A stretch of 64,000 bases of DNA from Podarcis muralis. Its lineage: Eukaryota. The position numbers and the translations under genes are program-made. The stretch lies in NCBI RefSeq assembly GCF_964188315.1, contig NC_135656.1:31496001-31560000 (forward strand), read 5' to 3'. Every line of letters begins with the position of its first letter. The first letter of the stretch is position 1. This document shows positions 1-12,245 of this stretch, one piece after another. Under the pieces are notes generated by a model. The model saw nothing but the letters and a program-made list of their open reading frames with translations, made no database searches and had not been told where the DNA came from.

Positions 1-601
1 GACTCCAGTGAAGCCTCTTAACTTTACTGGCACGCCCCTTCCAACAGTACTCCTGGTGCTATTGCAATGCCACCAACAGACATAACCTGGCACAATGCTT
101 TCCCCAATACTTCAAAGAGGTGCATTTCAGACGCACTTTGCACTCTTAAAAAATATCCAGCGGGCCCCTGTGCTCTCCTGCCATCAGATCCTACCAGTGT
201 CCCATAGCCAACTCGTCAGCATCCATCTATACCCCTATTTTCAAGGCTGAAAATATATAGCAACAGTAGCACCGGCCTATTCCATGCATCCGGGACACGC
301 CAACAGCAAAAGACGAGCAAACGCCTACAGGCCCCTCTTTGGGCTGGTAAAAGACATTACCGCAGCCAGCGCACGCCAGCTCTCGCAAGTCCCCTTCTCA
401 CGTGAACTGTGTAACGTCTGAATAGGCAGGGGTTGTTTTCCTAATGGCGGGGGGGGCGACCCGCTAACGTGAAAAAGCCTGTTCCCCATCCCTCCCCTAA
501 ACCGAACAGGGGGACCCCAACCTCAGTTTCCCCTCCCACCCGGCCGGCCTTCCCTCTCCACCCTCATCCGCGCTCCCCCCCCCCGGCGCCCCTCCACTCA
601 C

Positions 602-767
602 AGAACTCCACCAGGATGTTCGGGTGCTGCTCCAACGCCCGCTCGAAGTTGGCCGCCTTGAGCACCAGGACGCCCTCGTCCTCCTCGATATCTGCGTCGC
701 CGGCCAGGCAGGCCCGTCCCAGGAAGAGCAGGCAGAGGAGCGGAGAGAAGAGCAGAGCGGTCTTCAT
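602..767 (-). CDS. P4HB: Protein disulfide-isomerase (P4HB) coding exon 1; gene continues left of the window
   Basis: Kozak GCCGCCATG at 767. Encodes MKTALLFSPLLCLLFLGRACLAGDADIEEDEGVLVLKAANFERALEQHPNILVEF (signal peptide plus start of thioredoxin domain a). Phase-1 donor T|GTGAGT at 602/601. Synteny with ARHGDIA. Confidence 0.96.
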
Positions 768-854
768 GGCGGCGCTGACAATGACGGCAGGATCCCAGGC
801 GAACAGACCGGACCACGAAGAGGCGCCGCAAAAGAGAGCACTCCGCGCCCGCCT

Positions 855-1240
855 CCCGCTTTATAAACCCGCCCTCTCCCCGCTGCGTCTATCGCCCATT
901 GGCTGCTTCCGCCCTCCTACGCTTCAGCTCCCATTGAACTGGCGTGGAGCCTAAGGCCGCCCTCCCGTCCTGGATTGGTCAGCTTTAAAGGTCGCGTCGC
1001 CTTTCCTTCCCCACTTCCGAACAGCCGCGAGAGTTTCCTTTGCTCCGCGGGCTTTGATTGGCCGTACCGACCTCTCCGGTGACTGGGATTGGATAACGCG
1101 GCCGCTCTTAGAAACTCGGACCAGCCGTTTCTGATTGGTTGACCTCAACGAAATTCCCTCCCCTCCCCGCCTACTTTCGCCTCTCTTCTTTGGAACGTGG
1201 CATTCGAGAGATACGCCCGCCTCGCGCTGCGCATGCGTGT
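855..1240 (-). promoter_or_regulatory. P4HB CpG-island promoter with TATA box, CCAAT array and NRF1-like site
   Basis: TTTATAAA at 860-867. ATTGG (CCAAT on -) at 898, 974, 1057, 1088 and 1134. TGCGCATGCG at 1228-1237. CpG-rich. Confidence 0.8.
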
Positions 1241-2056
1241 TTGAGTGTGGCAGGGAGACCTCGTTCGTGTTTGATTCTGACTGGCCGCATTTATTAAGCG
1301 ACCCGGAATTGAAAACTAGCAAGGAACCAAGTGTTTCCGGGACTGTACGAAAGAGGGGGAGGCTTTTGCATAAGAATTGCTTAGAAGTGGGCGGGGGAGC
1401 GGGGAACTCAAGCGAGCGAGTTTATTACGATGGGAAGTTCTGAAGTGTGTACATCTGCATTGCCTATTGCTTTACTGTTGGGAATTCTTTCTAATGAGAA
1501 TAATGAGAATAAGCGCATATTATATTTTTGTATTACCATTTTTATTATATATTTTTACGTATAACCCTAGCATGTTTACTCAGAAGTACTATAGAACTCT
1601 CTTGAGGCTTAGGCTGCAGTCCTAACCCCCATTTACATGAATTCAGTAGGACTTGCTTTTGAGTAGACGTGGTTAGGGCTGCAGTGCTGGACTGAAAAGG
1701 AATAGCTTTATTCTCTGCCTTCCTCTCCTGCTTTTTGACTTCATCTTTTTACTGCTGCAAGGAATAGTGTAGCTATATTACCTGGACAACTCCCCCGCCC
1801 CCCAGCTATGAAGAGGAGTTTGCTCAAATAGAATTTGTTGATAAATAAAATACAAACATTTTGTAGTTATTTATATGGGAAATACATACCAGTGTCTGGA
1901 TCATTTGCACTCCCATGTTGTCTGTGTTTCCTCTTCTGTTCCCTGGTTTATAATATAATATGGTCATTATAATAATGTAATGCATTTTATATGTCAATGT
2001 TTGAAAGAGCAGGGCAGTAAAGTGGCAGAACCAAGCCCAATAGTTTCTGAAAAACT

Positions 2057-2387
2057 ATTGGACTACAAGAAGATCAAACCTATCCTTTCTTAAGGAAATC
2101 AGCCATGGGTGCTCACTGGAAGGACAGATCCTGAAGCTGAGGCTCCAATACTTTGGCCACCTGATGAGAAGAGAAGACTCCCTGGAAAAGACCCTGATGT
2201 TGGGAAAGATTGAGGGCACAAGGAGAAGGGGACAACAGAGGACAAGATGGTTGGACAGTGTTCTCGAAGCTACTAACATGAGTTTGACCAAACTGCGGGA
2301 GGCAGTGGAAGACAGGAGTGCCTGGTGTGCTCTGGTCCATGGGGTCACGAAGAGTCGGACACGACTAAACGACTAAACAACAACAAA
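2057..2387 (+). mobile_element. RTE-BovB LINE, 5'-truncated 3' end
   Basis: Encodes ...EKTLMLGKIEGTRRRGQQRTRWLDSV...VHGVTKSRTRLND, the BovB ORF C-terminus. Ends GACTAAACGACTAAAC(AAC)n. Confidence 0.9.
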
Positions 2388-3505
2388 CCAATCATTTCCT
2401 TTGGTCTTAGATGAATCAGGTAAAATATGACAAAATTCCAAATCATGTAATTTTACACTAGCCACCTGCTGATAACAAACTTTCAAAAAACTTTTCCAAG
2501 TACTTAAAGTAGGTCAATTATTTTTCAAATTCCCCCCATGTGCATTTTGGTATGATACAAAGAGATGCCTATCATACAGAACTAGCGAATGGGTGTTTTC
2601 ATTGTATAAATTTGCATGTCCAGGAACCTGAAGGACAATTGCATCAATGGATCATCCGTGTAGTTGACTCATCTTGCCTGCTCACAGTTGCCATCAACTT
2701 CAGTGGCATTGTTTGGCTTTGTATATGACTGCTGAAATAGTTGTGAGCTGTATAACGTCAGCAAAGTTTAAAGGGATGTTTCTGCTGCTGTGCAACATGA
2801 CCAAACATTTTTGATATTCAAAATATTTAGGCTTGGCAAAACCCAATGTAAGCAGTCCTTTACATTGAGCTTCTAGACTAGTTTGGTTTTTAGACATTAT
2901 TTTCTTTCTTTCTTTCAGTCTTGGTGTGTGTCTCTAGTGAGTGGGAAATTCCACATTGCTTCAGCCCCTGGAAGTCGGTATGCACACAGTAAGAATCTAG
3001 TAGTTTAGCCAGTTTAGGTAGAAATCCAAAGCTGGAGCACCTGTTTTGTGTACCTTACCTTTCTGCAAGTCGTAGGATTGCTACCTGGCATTCTGTGTGG
3101 AATGGATGGACTCAGGGGACACAAACACTAAGCTTCTACAAGTATAATAGCATTCCAACAGCACAGGATTGAACAGGTTAGCATCAGCAGTATTCAACAG
3201 AGCATTATAAATAATTTGGGCACACCCAGGGAGAGTATTTCAGCAGGAGCTTCTAGATCCTTTGCCACCAGGAGTAAGCAACTCTACAAGTGGCAAAGTA
3301 AATACATATAAGTCTGGAAAGATCCCAAAGCTGGAAGGCTCTCAAATTTCTTCTAGCTTAAACAGTTTTCATGTTAAAATATTCCTAGTAGGAATAACAA
3401 ATACAAATAGACTACATGCAAGTATATCAATGAATAGAGAAACCTCATGCTAACTTTGGTTAAAAGATCCCTGTTTTGGAAATAATTGTACACACACCCT
3501 GTACA

Positions 3506-3594
3506 CATAGCTGTCAACTTTTCCCTTTTCTTGTGAGAAATCCTATTCGGAATAAGGGAAATTCCCTTAAAAAAGGGAAATGTTGACAGCTATG
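3506..3594. mobile_element. 89-bp hAT-type MITE
   Basis: TIRs CATAGCTGTCAAC...GTTGACAGCTATG. Perfect 8-bp TSD CCTGTACA at 3498-3505 and 3595-3602. Confidence 0.88.
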
Positions 3595-6128
3595 CCTGTA
3601 CAGTGGTCTTAACTTCTTTTAAAATGTTACACTTGCTATGGATCGCCAGGGCAGAGTACAAGGAAGGTCTGTTTTGAACTGCACACTAAACTCTTCCAAG
3701 GCTGTGTTGCATTTCCATCATGTTGTTGTTAACCCACTCAAATGTGGGTGTGTTTCTCTCAGCCAAGCTACTCTAGTTGTGCAAACAGATCTCTCTTTCT
3801 TCATCAGGGTGTGTATGCATGGGACAGAGAGGAGAGACAGCATTGTTAGACTTAGTACTGCTGGGACACGTCATCAGAGATATCCAGCTTTGCAAGATGC
3901 CCTCCCTGTAAACGCCAGCCAAAGGCAATTCAGCTCAAAGTCCTACCTTTATTTCTGTCTGATAGGACGGTGGGCCAGCCTGAGCAAGCAGACACCAGTG
4001 GGTGGGTAAATCAGTACTGTAGAGCTATAAAACGTGAGGTAGCTCCAGGCTGGAAGTAATAAAGGAATGAGAAAAGTTGTTATTTCAACCTTAGGAAGCC
4101 AGTACAGTATGTAATACAAAAGGGACTCATTTCTGATAAAACACAGGAGAGGTAGGGAGCTTGTATCATCACAACGGAGAATTTAGAGCAGGCAGGCATA
4201 ACTGAAGCTGGGGCTTAGTAACCTCCTGTTTTTTCTTCAAAACTATGGAGACTGACAAACACCTACCAGCATGTAATTCATGGATATTTTTGGCTTAGTG
4301 GGTGGAGAAAGCACAATCTAGAGCTTGAGTCATCTTTGGCTTGTCTGTCAGGGGTCTGCTCAGAGATAAACCCCTACAACAAGTTCAGTGAATCTCCCTT
4401 TCAAGTAGGTATACTTAGAGTCGTGCTATTAAGAAAGCCACGGTGCACATTATGGACCTTCTTGCATTTTACTGCCTTCCCTCTAATTGTAGTACTCAAT
4501 CCAAGTGTAAGGTAAATCATTCCCTGCATAAAATTATGTAATAATTACTCTTCTTTCTTCATGCAGGCAAATCTGCAGTTAAGCAAATATTTATGCAGAA
4601 GGTGCATTCCCTTTCCAGAAGGGCAGTCATCACTATCCCCCCCCCCCCATTTGTTTCCTGATTGTGAAAATCTAAACGAGTTCCCTATGTGGTGGCTTCC
4701 TCCTTTCTGGGTGGACGTGTCCCAGCCTGTTAGGTTAGAACCCCAGAGCCAGGGAACAAGGCCACCATTTAGGAAGCTTGAGCTGGCTTGCTGCAATTGG
4801 TTGACTTGTACTGCCCCTTTGCCCTGGGCTGAGAGCTGTGGCAGAAGGAGATAGGGCTTTTATTCCAATCTTGCTCTGTTGTTATCTTGCTCTTCCTAGG
4901 AGTAAAGTAGATTCTATTGGCTGGGGATAGATAAGGTTTGCTTATCAATCTAGCTGGAGGAACAGATGTTACTCACCTGCGCCAATGTCCAGCGGACCCT
5001 AGAATGGGTTTTTCCCTTGGGTGGATATCTTAGCTTGCTGTCTGCAAGCAAGCCAATGCTTTGCCCTTCAGCCTTTATTCCAGCCAGCCTGGCTTGCTTT
5101 CTTGAGCTTTCCCACTGCATTTTGTGCAGGCACAGCTGCTGTGGTGCTCCTTTTCTGACAGAGCTGAAGTGTCTTCAGTCATGGCAGGAAAATATGCTGT
5201 AAATAGATCTCTATCTCTCTGGCTCTGTTTTTTCTTCTTCATTTTTTTAACAGCTATTTATTCCGCTGTGGATTTATTTTTATGTGGTTTGTTCTGTTTT
5301 GATCAGGTTTGTTTGAATTATTATTGTTATCTGAGCTGGGGGTGCCTTTTGGGGTGGAAGAACAAGACCAACGTGTTGGGCTGGATTCTAGTAGGAGCCA
5401 GCAGAGTTACTGCAACCCCAAATCAGCTCTGGGGGGTCAGGAGAAACACTCTCCCCCAGAAAAGCACACAGTGTGGTGCAGGGAGATCTTTCCATGTGGC
5501 AAGCAGAAATGCTTGTGCTGTTGGAACTATCATAATAGTGTGACGTTGAGTTCAAAAGCACTAAGGAAATCCAACCCCGGTAACTGTATTCATTACTCTA
5601 CTGTGGACTGGTGAACTTGTTGAATTCCTGTCTATTAAAGGCAAAGTAACCGTGTCATGAAATGAGGATCCAGCAAGCGTGTGACATACGAAAACAGGAA
5701 CAATTTGCCAAACTGGATCAAGGCCAGCAGTCAGTGTGAAGAAGGGTGTCTATGCATGATAAACATAATCAAGGCTTTAAAATATTGTAAGTGCTTTTCA
5801 GGGAAGACACTCCTGTGTGGAAAATGTTTCTAGTGGAATCCTGCAAGAACGAGAGCTCAGTTCCTAAATTAGGAGAACAGTGACAAGGAGATGTTAGCGA
5901 CTGACCTAGAAACTACCGTATTGATTTCATTTTTGCCTGACATGTCAAAACTCAACAGCTGAAGTTTTTCCCATCACTTCACCTCCATGCCAATATTCTT
6001 CTTTTATGTGCTGAATTTTTCTGCATCAGACCTGCTGTTAAAGGCACAGGAGCTGAGCTATCTCTGACCAGAGTCAGGAACCCCAGACCCAGGAGCCAAA
6101 TGCGGCCCTCGTGGACTCTCTACTTGGC

Positions 6129-6720
6129 TGTCGGGAGCAAGCAGTGGTAAATCACACTGTGATCACTGGAGTCAACTCTTTATTAGCAAAAACATGATCA
6201 GCGCAGGAGTGCCAGGCTTAATGAGCTCAGCAACCCATCTCTGGTAGGTCTTGCCCTCATGAAGCAGTTGCTGAGACTGAAGGTCCCTGCCTCCTCACAT
6301 CTACCTAAGTCCCTTTCTCCAGGGTTTTCTCCAAGCAATCAGAGACTGCATCTGCACCTCACCGGTCTCTCTGCTGCCCTTTTCATGCCTCTTCTGATTC
6401 TGGGAGACCAAGGAGGAGAGGAGCTGGTTGCAGCAGGAAATGAAGTCACCCATGCCTTTAGATCAGCCTGACTCATCTCTGCTTCTTGACCTCTCTCCTC
6501 CCACCCTCCTGCTTCAGCTTCTGCCTCTGATTCTGAACTTCTCTCTGCCACAGACTCTTCCAGCTCACTAAGCCCTGTTGCCCCTTCAGCTTCTGACACC
6601 TCCTCCTCCCAGTCTTCTCCCTCTGACCACCATCCATTCTCGGGCTCTGAGCCTTTGTCCCTTGGGGGTTCCGCCGCTGGTTCCTCCCACCATTCCTCAG
6701 TGTCCAGCCAGTCCATGACA
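6129..6720 (-). mobile_element. Solo LTR (probably Gypsy-type) inserted in a small MITE remnant
   Basis: Termini TGTC...GACA. AATAAA on - near 6180-6186. Glu-rich open frame in U3. MITE-like sequence on both flanks. No clean TSD. Confidence 0.65.
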
Positions 6721-7064
6721 TCAACCTGCAGAACTCTCTCCAGGCCACAATCTCTCTTCCCCCTAGTCAAAATCCTTCACTGGACCCAGGTGTTTTTGCC
6801 TAGCTGGAACATGCCCCTTAAATGAACTCTTGCTTGTCTGGATAGAGGGGTGTATGAGTGTGTGTAGAAACTAAAAGTACAAAAAGAAAATTTTATATTC
6901 ATCACCCACTGTTGCCTTGCTCTGCCCACCACTGGCATGCGGCCCCCAGGAGCTTTCTTTTAAGGGAATGTGGCCCTCAGACTGAAAAGCACTCCCTGCT
7001 CCTGAATTAAGAGATGTTTGGATAACTGTATTTCAGGCAGCTGTCAAGGATTTCCTAAAAAGTA

Positions 7065-7411
7065 AAGGTAAAGGGACCCCTGACCATTAGGTCCAGTTGT
7101 GGCCAACTCTGGGGTTGCGGCGCTCATCTCGCTTTATTGGCCGAGGGAGCCGGCATACAGCTTCCGGGTCATGTGGCCAGCATGACTAAGCCGCTTCTGG
7201 TAAACCAGAGCAGCGTACGGAAACGCCATTTACCTTTCCGCCGGAGTGGTACCTATTTATCTACTTGTACTTTGTGCTTTTGAACTGCTAGGTTGGCAGG
7301 AGCAGGGACTGAGCAACAGGAGCTCACCCTGTCACAGGGATTCGAACCACCGACCTTCTGATCGGCAAGTCCTAGGCTCTGTGGTTTGACCCACAGTGCC
7401 ACCCGCGCCCC
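7065..7411 (-). mobile_element. Sauria SINE (Squam1), GGTCCC-tail subfamily
   Basis: tRNA-like head with B box GGTTCGAATCC and (ACCTTT)n tail. TSD TTCCTAAA(A/C)AGTA at 7052-7064 and 7412-7424. Confidence 0.92.
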
Positions 7412-8844
7412 TTCCTAAACAGTACATCTACTCAAAAGTCAGCCTCATTGAGTTCTGTGGGACTGAATGGCCAGGAAAGTGTTTTAGGATGAGCAAAGTG
7501 CCAATGATGCACCCAGCATTACATTCCTCCGACTTTTCTGCCATCTCTTGGTTAGCACCAGGAATTGTGTGGATTCAGTTAACAATGGGAATAGTACACA
7601 GGAACACAAATAAACCAGTGCTACAGCTATTGAAGGAAAGTGTCTCAGCTGCAAAGCAGCTCCTTCATGTGCTGTGCATTTTATAGCCCAATCCTAACAA
7701 TATTTACAATATTTTCACAATAAATATAAAATATATTTACAAGATATTTACAATATTTACTATATACAATATTTACATTGAATTTACTAAATTCAATGGG
7801 GCTCATTCCCTGGGGAGTGTGTTTTGGATTTCAGCCCTTGATTCACATCCATTGTGTATTTCTTTTGTATCACCTTCTCCAACTCACGCTTTAGTCATCA
7901 AATACAAATATTCCGCCACCCTTTCTCTGTGTGCAGTCATTAGGCTGGTCATGGTAACCAGGCTGTACTTTGGAATGGCTGGGCAAGGTTCACTTCTCAT
8001 GTCCACTTAGAGCAGTCATTAATATTTACTTCAATTCTCACAGGCTGAGCATATGCAATACTATAATGATACAAGTCAGAATGATGGGGAAGGGGAAGAA
8101 AAGCAAACAAGCAAGCAAGCAAACAAACAGGGCAAGCAAAAATGCAAAGAAATAATTGGCTCTGCCGGTATATAACATATTGCAGCGTACAATTTTGAGG
8201 ATTTCTGTTCCAACGCATTTTCATTTGCTCGCCAAGTTGACAACAGAAAAATGTACCCCTTTGAGGACTGGTATCACTTTCAGCATCAGAACACACCCCC
8301 AAACTGCAGATGGTTCTGGGGTTGGTGATCCTGTAGCAGATGAGCATTAAAGCTGCTGCAAATTGGCACTTGCGTAGAGTAATTGGTACCAACAAAGCAC
8401 AGCAACATTGCTGCTGATTGACTTCCAAAATACTATTCTGCCTTTCTTCAACTGCATGGCAAAATTCCAAGATGCCCGCTGTCCTTGTCAGCTAGTGCCT
8501 CTTTTCTGATATTCTCCCTGGTGAATTATTGCCTCTCCATTATATAGGGATGTTTCTAACATTTTTGTTAGTATGTTATTAGAGTTGCTATCCTTTAGAT
8601 CTCAGCTCCCTCCCCTGTGTTTCTCCCTGAGGTGCATCACTCCTATTGCACACATACATACATCTAAATGCATTCATTTGGACACAAAATGTTTGTGCAA
8701 GCATTCCAGACTGCAGTCTGTGGACCACCAATGACCTCTGAGCTTTGTTCAGGTCCGTGGCAAGTCTGTGGGTTTGCGGTTGAATATGGGAAATTTTTAT
8801 TTGTACTTTATTGCTTCCCCTAACTTACCAAGGATTTAAGACCC

Positions 8845-8999
8845 AACGGCCACCCTTGCCTTCATCTGCCCCAGCTGCAGCGAAACATGTCTCTCCCATA
8901 TCGGTCTCTACAGCCACAGTAGGCACTGTAAATCTCCAATGGTTTGACTTCACCCCCCCAAAGGCTCACTCCTCCATTGTCTCCCAAGACAGATGCAAA
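8845..8999 (+). mobile_element. RTE-clade LINE 3' fragment (C-terminal Cys/His finger)
   Basis: Reads AFICPSCSETCLSHIGLYSHSRHC. Homologous to 16490-16728. Confidence 0.7.
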
Positions 9000-9092
9000 C
9001 TATAGTTTTATTGCTTCTTTTGTTTCTTCTATTAAAACTTGTTGTGCTGCAGTTTGAATTATATTAAATTAAAGTTGCTATAAAAGCATAAC

Positions 9093-9096
9093 AAAA

Positions 9097-9139
<43 letters not shown>

Positions 9140-9149
9140 TAATAATAAT
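9093..9149. repeat. (TAAA)n(TAA)n microsatellite, tail of an L2-like element
   Basis: Direct reading. Abuts the L2-like 3' end at 9150. Confidence 0.95.
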
Positions 9150-9660
9150 TTATACCCCACCCATCTGGCTGGATTTCCCCAGCCACTCTGGGTGGTTCCC
9201 AACAGAATTAATGATAATAATAATAAAAAAGCGATAAAATATCAGACTTTAAAAGCTTCCCTGAACAGGGCTGCCTTCAATGTCTTTCAAAAGTCAGATA
9301 CAGTGGTACCTCTGGTTGCGAATGGGATCCGTTCTGGAGGCCAGTTCGCAACCTGAAGAGAACGCAACCCACGTCTGTGTGTCTGCACACATTCAGGTCG
9401 TGATTCGCCGCTCCTGTGCATGCATGTGATGTCATTTTGCATGTATGTACATGCACAAGTGGCGAAACCCGGAAGTAACCCTTTCCAGTACTTCCGGGTC
9501 ACCACGGGACACAACCTGAAAACGCGCAACCTGAAGCAAACGTAACATGAGGTATGACTGTAGTTGTTTATTTTCTTGACATCTGATGGGAAGGCGTTCT
9601 ACAGTGCGGGCACCACTACTGAGAAGGTCCTCTGCCTGGTTCCCCATAACCTCACTTCTC
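9150..9660 (-). mobile_element. L2-like LINE 3' end, interrupted by a MITE and an L1
   Basis: Same 3' terminus type as 63890-63945 (GGGCGGGGTATAAAT + ATT tail). Host sequence is continuous across the MITE at 9301-9560. Confidence 0.7.
9301..9560. mobile_element. Tc1/mariner-type MITE
   Basis: TIRs CAGTGGTACCTC / GAGGTATGACTG with TA on both sides (9299-9300, 9561-9562). Confidence 0.9.
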
Positions 9661-11261
9661 TTTTTTTTTTTTTTTAATTAATTTTTATTAAGAAAAGATA
9701 CACAGTTACATTATATTACAAATATATACATACAAACAAAGAATTCCATCAAAAAACAAGAAAAAAAGAAAAAAACAAAGGATTCCATCAATGCAAGAGG
9801 AATTCCCTCAAACAGTCAACGAATAAAGAAAGAAGAAAAGAAATAAGGGTAAAAAGAGTAAAAGAAAAGAAGAAAAAGACGAAGACAAAAGACAGTTAAC
9901 AGAACTTCCGTCCAGCTCGGTCTTGGAGTTACCAATTCTTATATTATTTCTACAGTTTTAATACAGCAAATATACATCAATGATTTCAGCTATCGTCTAC
10001 TGATAAATTATTTATTCCCTGGGTATTTTCAAAATAAATTAGAAATTTATTCCATTCGTCTCTAAATTTACTTGAGTTGTTTTGTCTTATTTTTTGTGTT
10101 AATCTCGCTAGTTCAATATATTGATATAGCCTCAATTGCCACTCTCCTATAGCAGGTAAGTCAGAGGTTTTCCATTTTTGTGCTATTTGGATCCTCGCCG
10201 CTGCCATGGCATATTGGAAAAAAGTTTGGTCTATTTTCTTTATTTCTTTACCCATCAGCCCTAAGAGAAACAGCTCGGGGTTTTTTGGGATGTTATATTT
10301 CAAAATTTTTTTCATTTCGTCATGAATTTGTTTCCAAAATTCTTTTATTACATCACAGGTCCACCAAATGTGGAAAAAGGTCCCGACCTTATCTCTGCAT
10401 CTCCAGCAAGTGTTGTCAACAGTTTTATACATTTTTCCTAACTTTGCCGGGGTCAGATACCAACGGTATACCATTTTCTCTAAATTTTCCCGCAGGGCTA
10501 CACAAGCTGTAAATTTTACTCCTTTCGTCCAAAGTGTTTGCCATTTGTTATAGTCTATGTTATGACCAAGGTCCTTCTCCCATTTTACCATAACCCCCTT
10601 CACCCGCTCTTCCTTGGTGTCCCATTCCAATAATTGTTTATACATTTTTGAGAGGAGTTTATCATTACTTTCCAGAATTTCAACCTGAAACCTCGATTTT
10701 TTTTCATTCATGCCCAGTCTCTTATGCTCACCCCATAAGGCGTTAATCTGGTGAAAATGGAACCATTCTTTTATTCTGTCTTTCAGTTCCTCATAGGGCT
10801 TCACCCTCCATCCTGTTCCTGTCTTTTCCAGAATATCCTCATACGTGCATTTTTCATCTGCCATATTTATTTTTTTTATTTTAATGATGTTGGTTGGGGA
10901 GAGCCACCATGGAGTACCTTTCTCGATCAGTTTTTTATACCTCTTCCACACTTCCAATAATGGGCCTCTGATTATATGGTTAGAAAATCCTCTGTGGACC
11001 TCCCCTTTCTCTTGCCATAGGTAGGCATGCCACCCGAATCTTATATTGAAGCCCTCCAAATCCAAGAGGTCTGAATTTCTAAGGGTGGCCCACTCCTTTA
11101 TCCAGCAGATACAGGCTGCTTCATAGTATAACCTAATATTTGGGACAGCAAATCCGCACCTTTCTCTCGAGTCTGTTAGATATTTCAACTTTACTCTGGC
11201 CCTCTTCCCCTGCCAAATAAACTTGGTCAGGGTTTTTTGCCAGTTCTTAAGGAGGGAGGAC
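9661..11261 (-). mobile_element. 5'-truncated L1-clade LINE (ORF2 C-terminus, 3' UTR, polyA)
   Basis: Stop-free frame to 9986 with FIWQGKRARV, GFAVPNIRLYY and CWRC..GTFFHIWWTC motifs. AATAAA at 9684-9689, 15-nt polyA, 8-bp TSD CACTTCTC at 9653-9660 and 11262-11269. Confidence 0.92.
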
Positions 11262-11410
11262 CACTTCTCACAGTGGTCTACCAAGAACTTTGGATATTTT
11301 CAAGTAGTCCACGAGGGGACGCAATTCAATTGGGGGACCACTCTGCTAGCGCACAATTTCCTCCCCTTCTCCAAACCATAACTACCTATCCAGTTAGTAA
11401 ATGCTTCTGA

Positions 11411-11562
11411 ATACAATAGCTCAGTTGGTAGAGCATAAGACTCTTAATTTCAGGGTCATGGGTTTGAGCCCCACTTTGGGCAAAAGATTCCTGCATTGCA
11501 GGGCGTGGACTAGAAGATGGTCCTTGTGGTCCCATCCAATTCTACAATTCTATGATTCTATG
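11411..11562 (+). mobile_element. tRNA-Lys(CTT)-derived SINE with CR1 3' tail (Squam2-like)
   Basis: TAGCTCAGTTGGTAGAGCATAAGACTCTTAATTTCAGGGTCATGGGTTTGAGCCCCACTTTGGGC resembles tRNA-Lys. It is fused to a CR1 end (TTCTATGATTCTATG). Confidence 0.8.
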
Positions 11563-12245
11563 TTTAAGTGGCAACTATGCTATAGGAACTACAACTGCTC
11601 ATACATTAAGGATCCCTAAATTGTGTGTGTGTGGTTGGCTTTTTTTAAAATAAGTAAACTGTTAAGAGGAGTTTACTAACCCCATGCCACACGTCAGAAT
11701 CCTGACTGTTTCTGAGTAAATAAACAGCAGGTGGATAAAAGCATCTAGTGGGAGGTATGATCCTTGGTGTGAGAAGAGGAGCACCAGTACAGAAAATGCC
11801 CCAACCAACTAACATGTTGGGACATGGTATTCATTTCATAAGATACTGCTTTCCTTGGCGCAGCAATGCAGGAGTCCAGCTATGCACCCACCCTTTTTTT
11901 TATCGCGGCTGTACAGTTGCAGAACTTCAATTCTACAGCAGGAATGCAATGAGGATAGCAGGTGGACAGTTGCAACACCATACTGGGAGAAGAAGGGATC
12001 AACATCCAGTTTAGTGCTGTTCCTCAGCAAGGCTATGGACGCAGCCCTGGAAACTGTAGTCTGTTAAGGGTGTTAGGAATTTTAGCTCTGTGATAGTTAA
12101 CTGCAAAGGCTGGCTTAAGGCAGTCAGGATGGCGGTTTTAGGAAAGAACAGCTGTTATTTCTTATATCTCATCTCTTATCCTCTTATCTCTCATCTCATA
12201 TATCATCTCATATTCTTATCCCATCTCTCCTCCTCTTCTCTTCTT

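Noticed and set aside
469-1443. Overlapping ORFs around the P4HB promoter (similar cases at 43268-43793, 50647-51821 and 63020-63641)
   Set aside because: GC-rich CpG islands are poor in stops; the products are low-complexity and overlap real exons or promoters.
7690-7790. ATATTTAC-type repeats (and 12150-12245 TCTTA/TCTCA repeats) as an array system
   Set aside because: Irregular low-complexity repeats with no repeat-spacer periodicity; nothing CRISPR-like in this eukaryotic DNA.
7997-8470. 157-aa Cys-rich ORF
   Set aside because: Non-ATG start, no recognisable domain, runs into an AAGC simple repeat.
9986-11284. 432-aa ORF as a host gene
   Set aside because: It is the C-terminus of L1 ORF2 with polyA and TSD; the listed start lies outside the element.
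11411-11482. Functional tRNA-Lys gene
   Set aside because: Degenerate acceptor stem and mismatches; it runs directly into a CR1 tail, so it is a SINE head.
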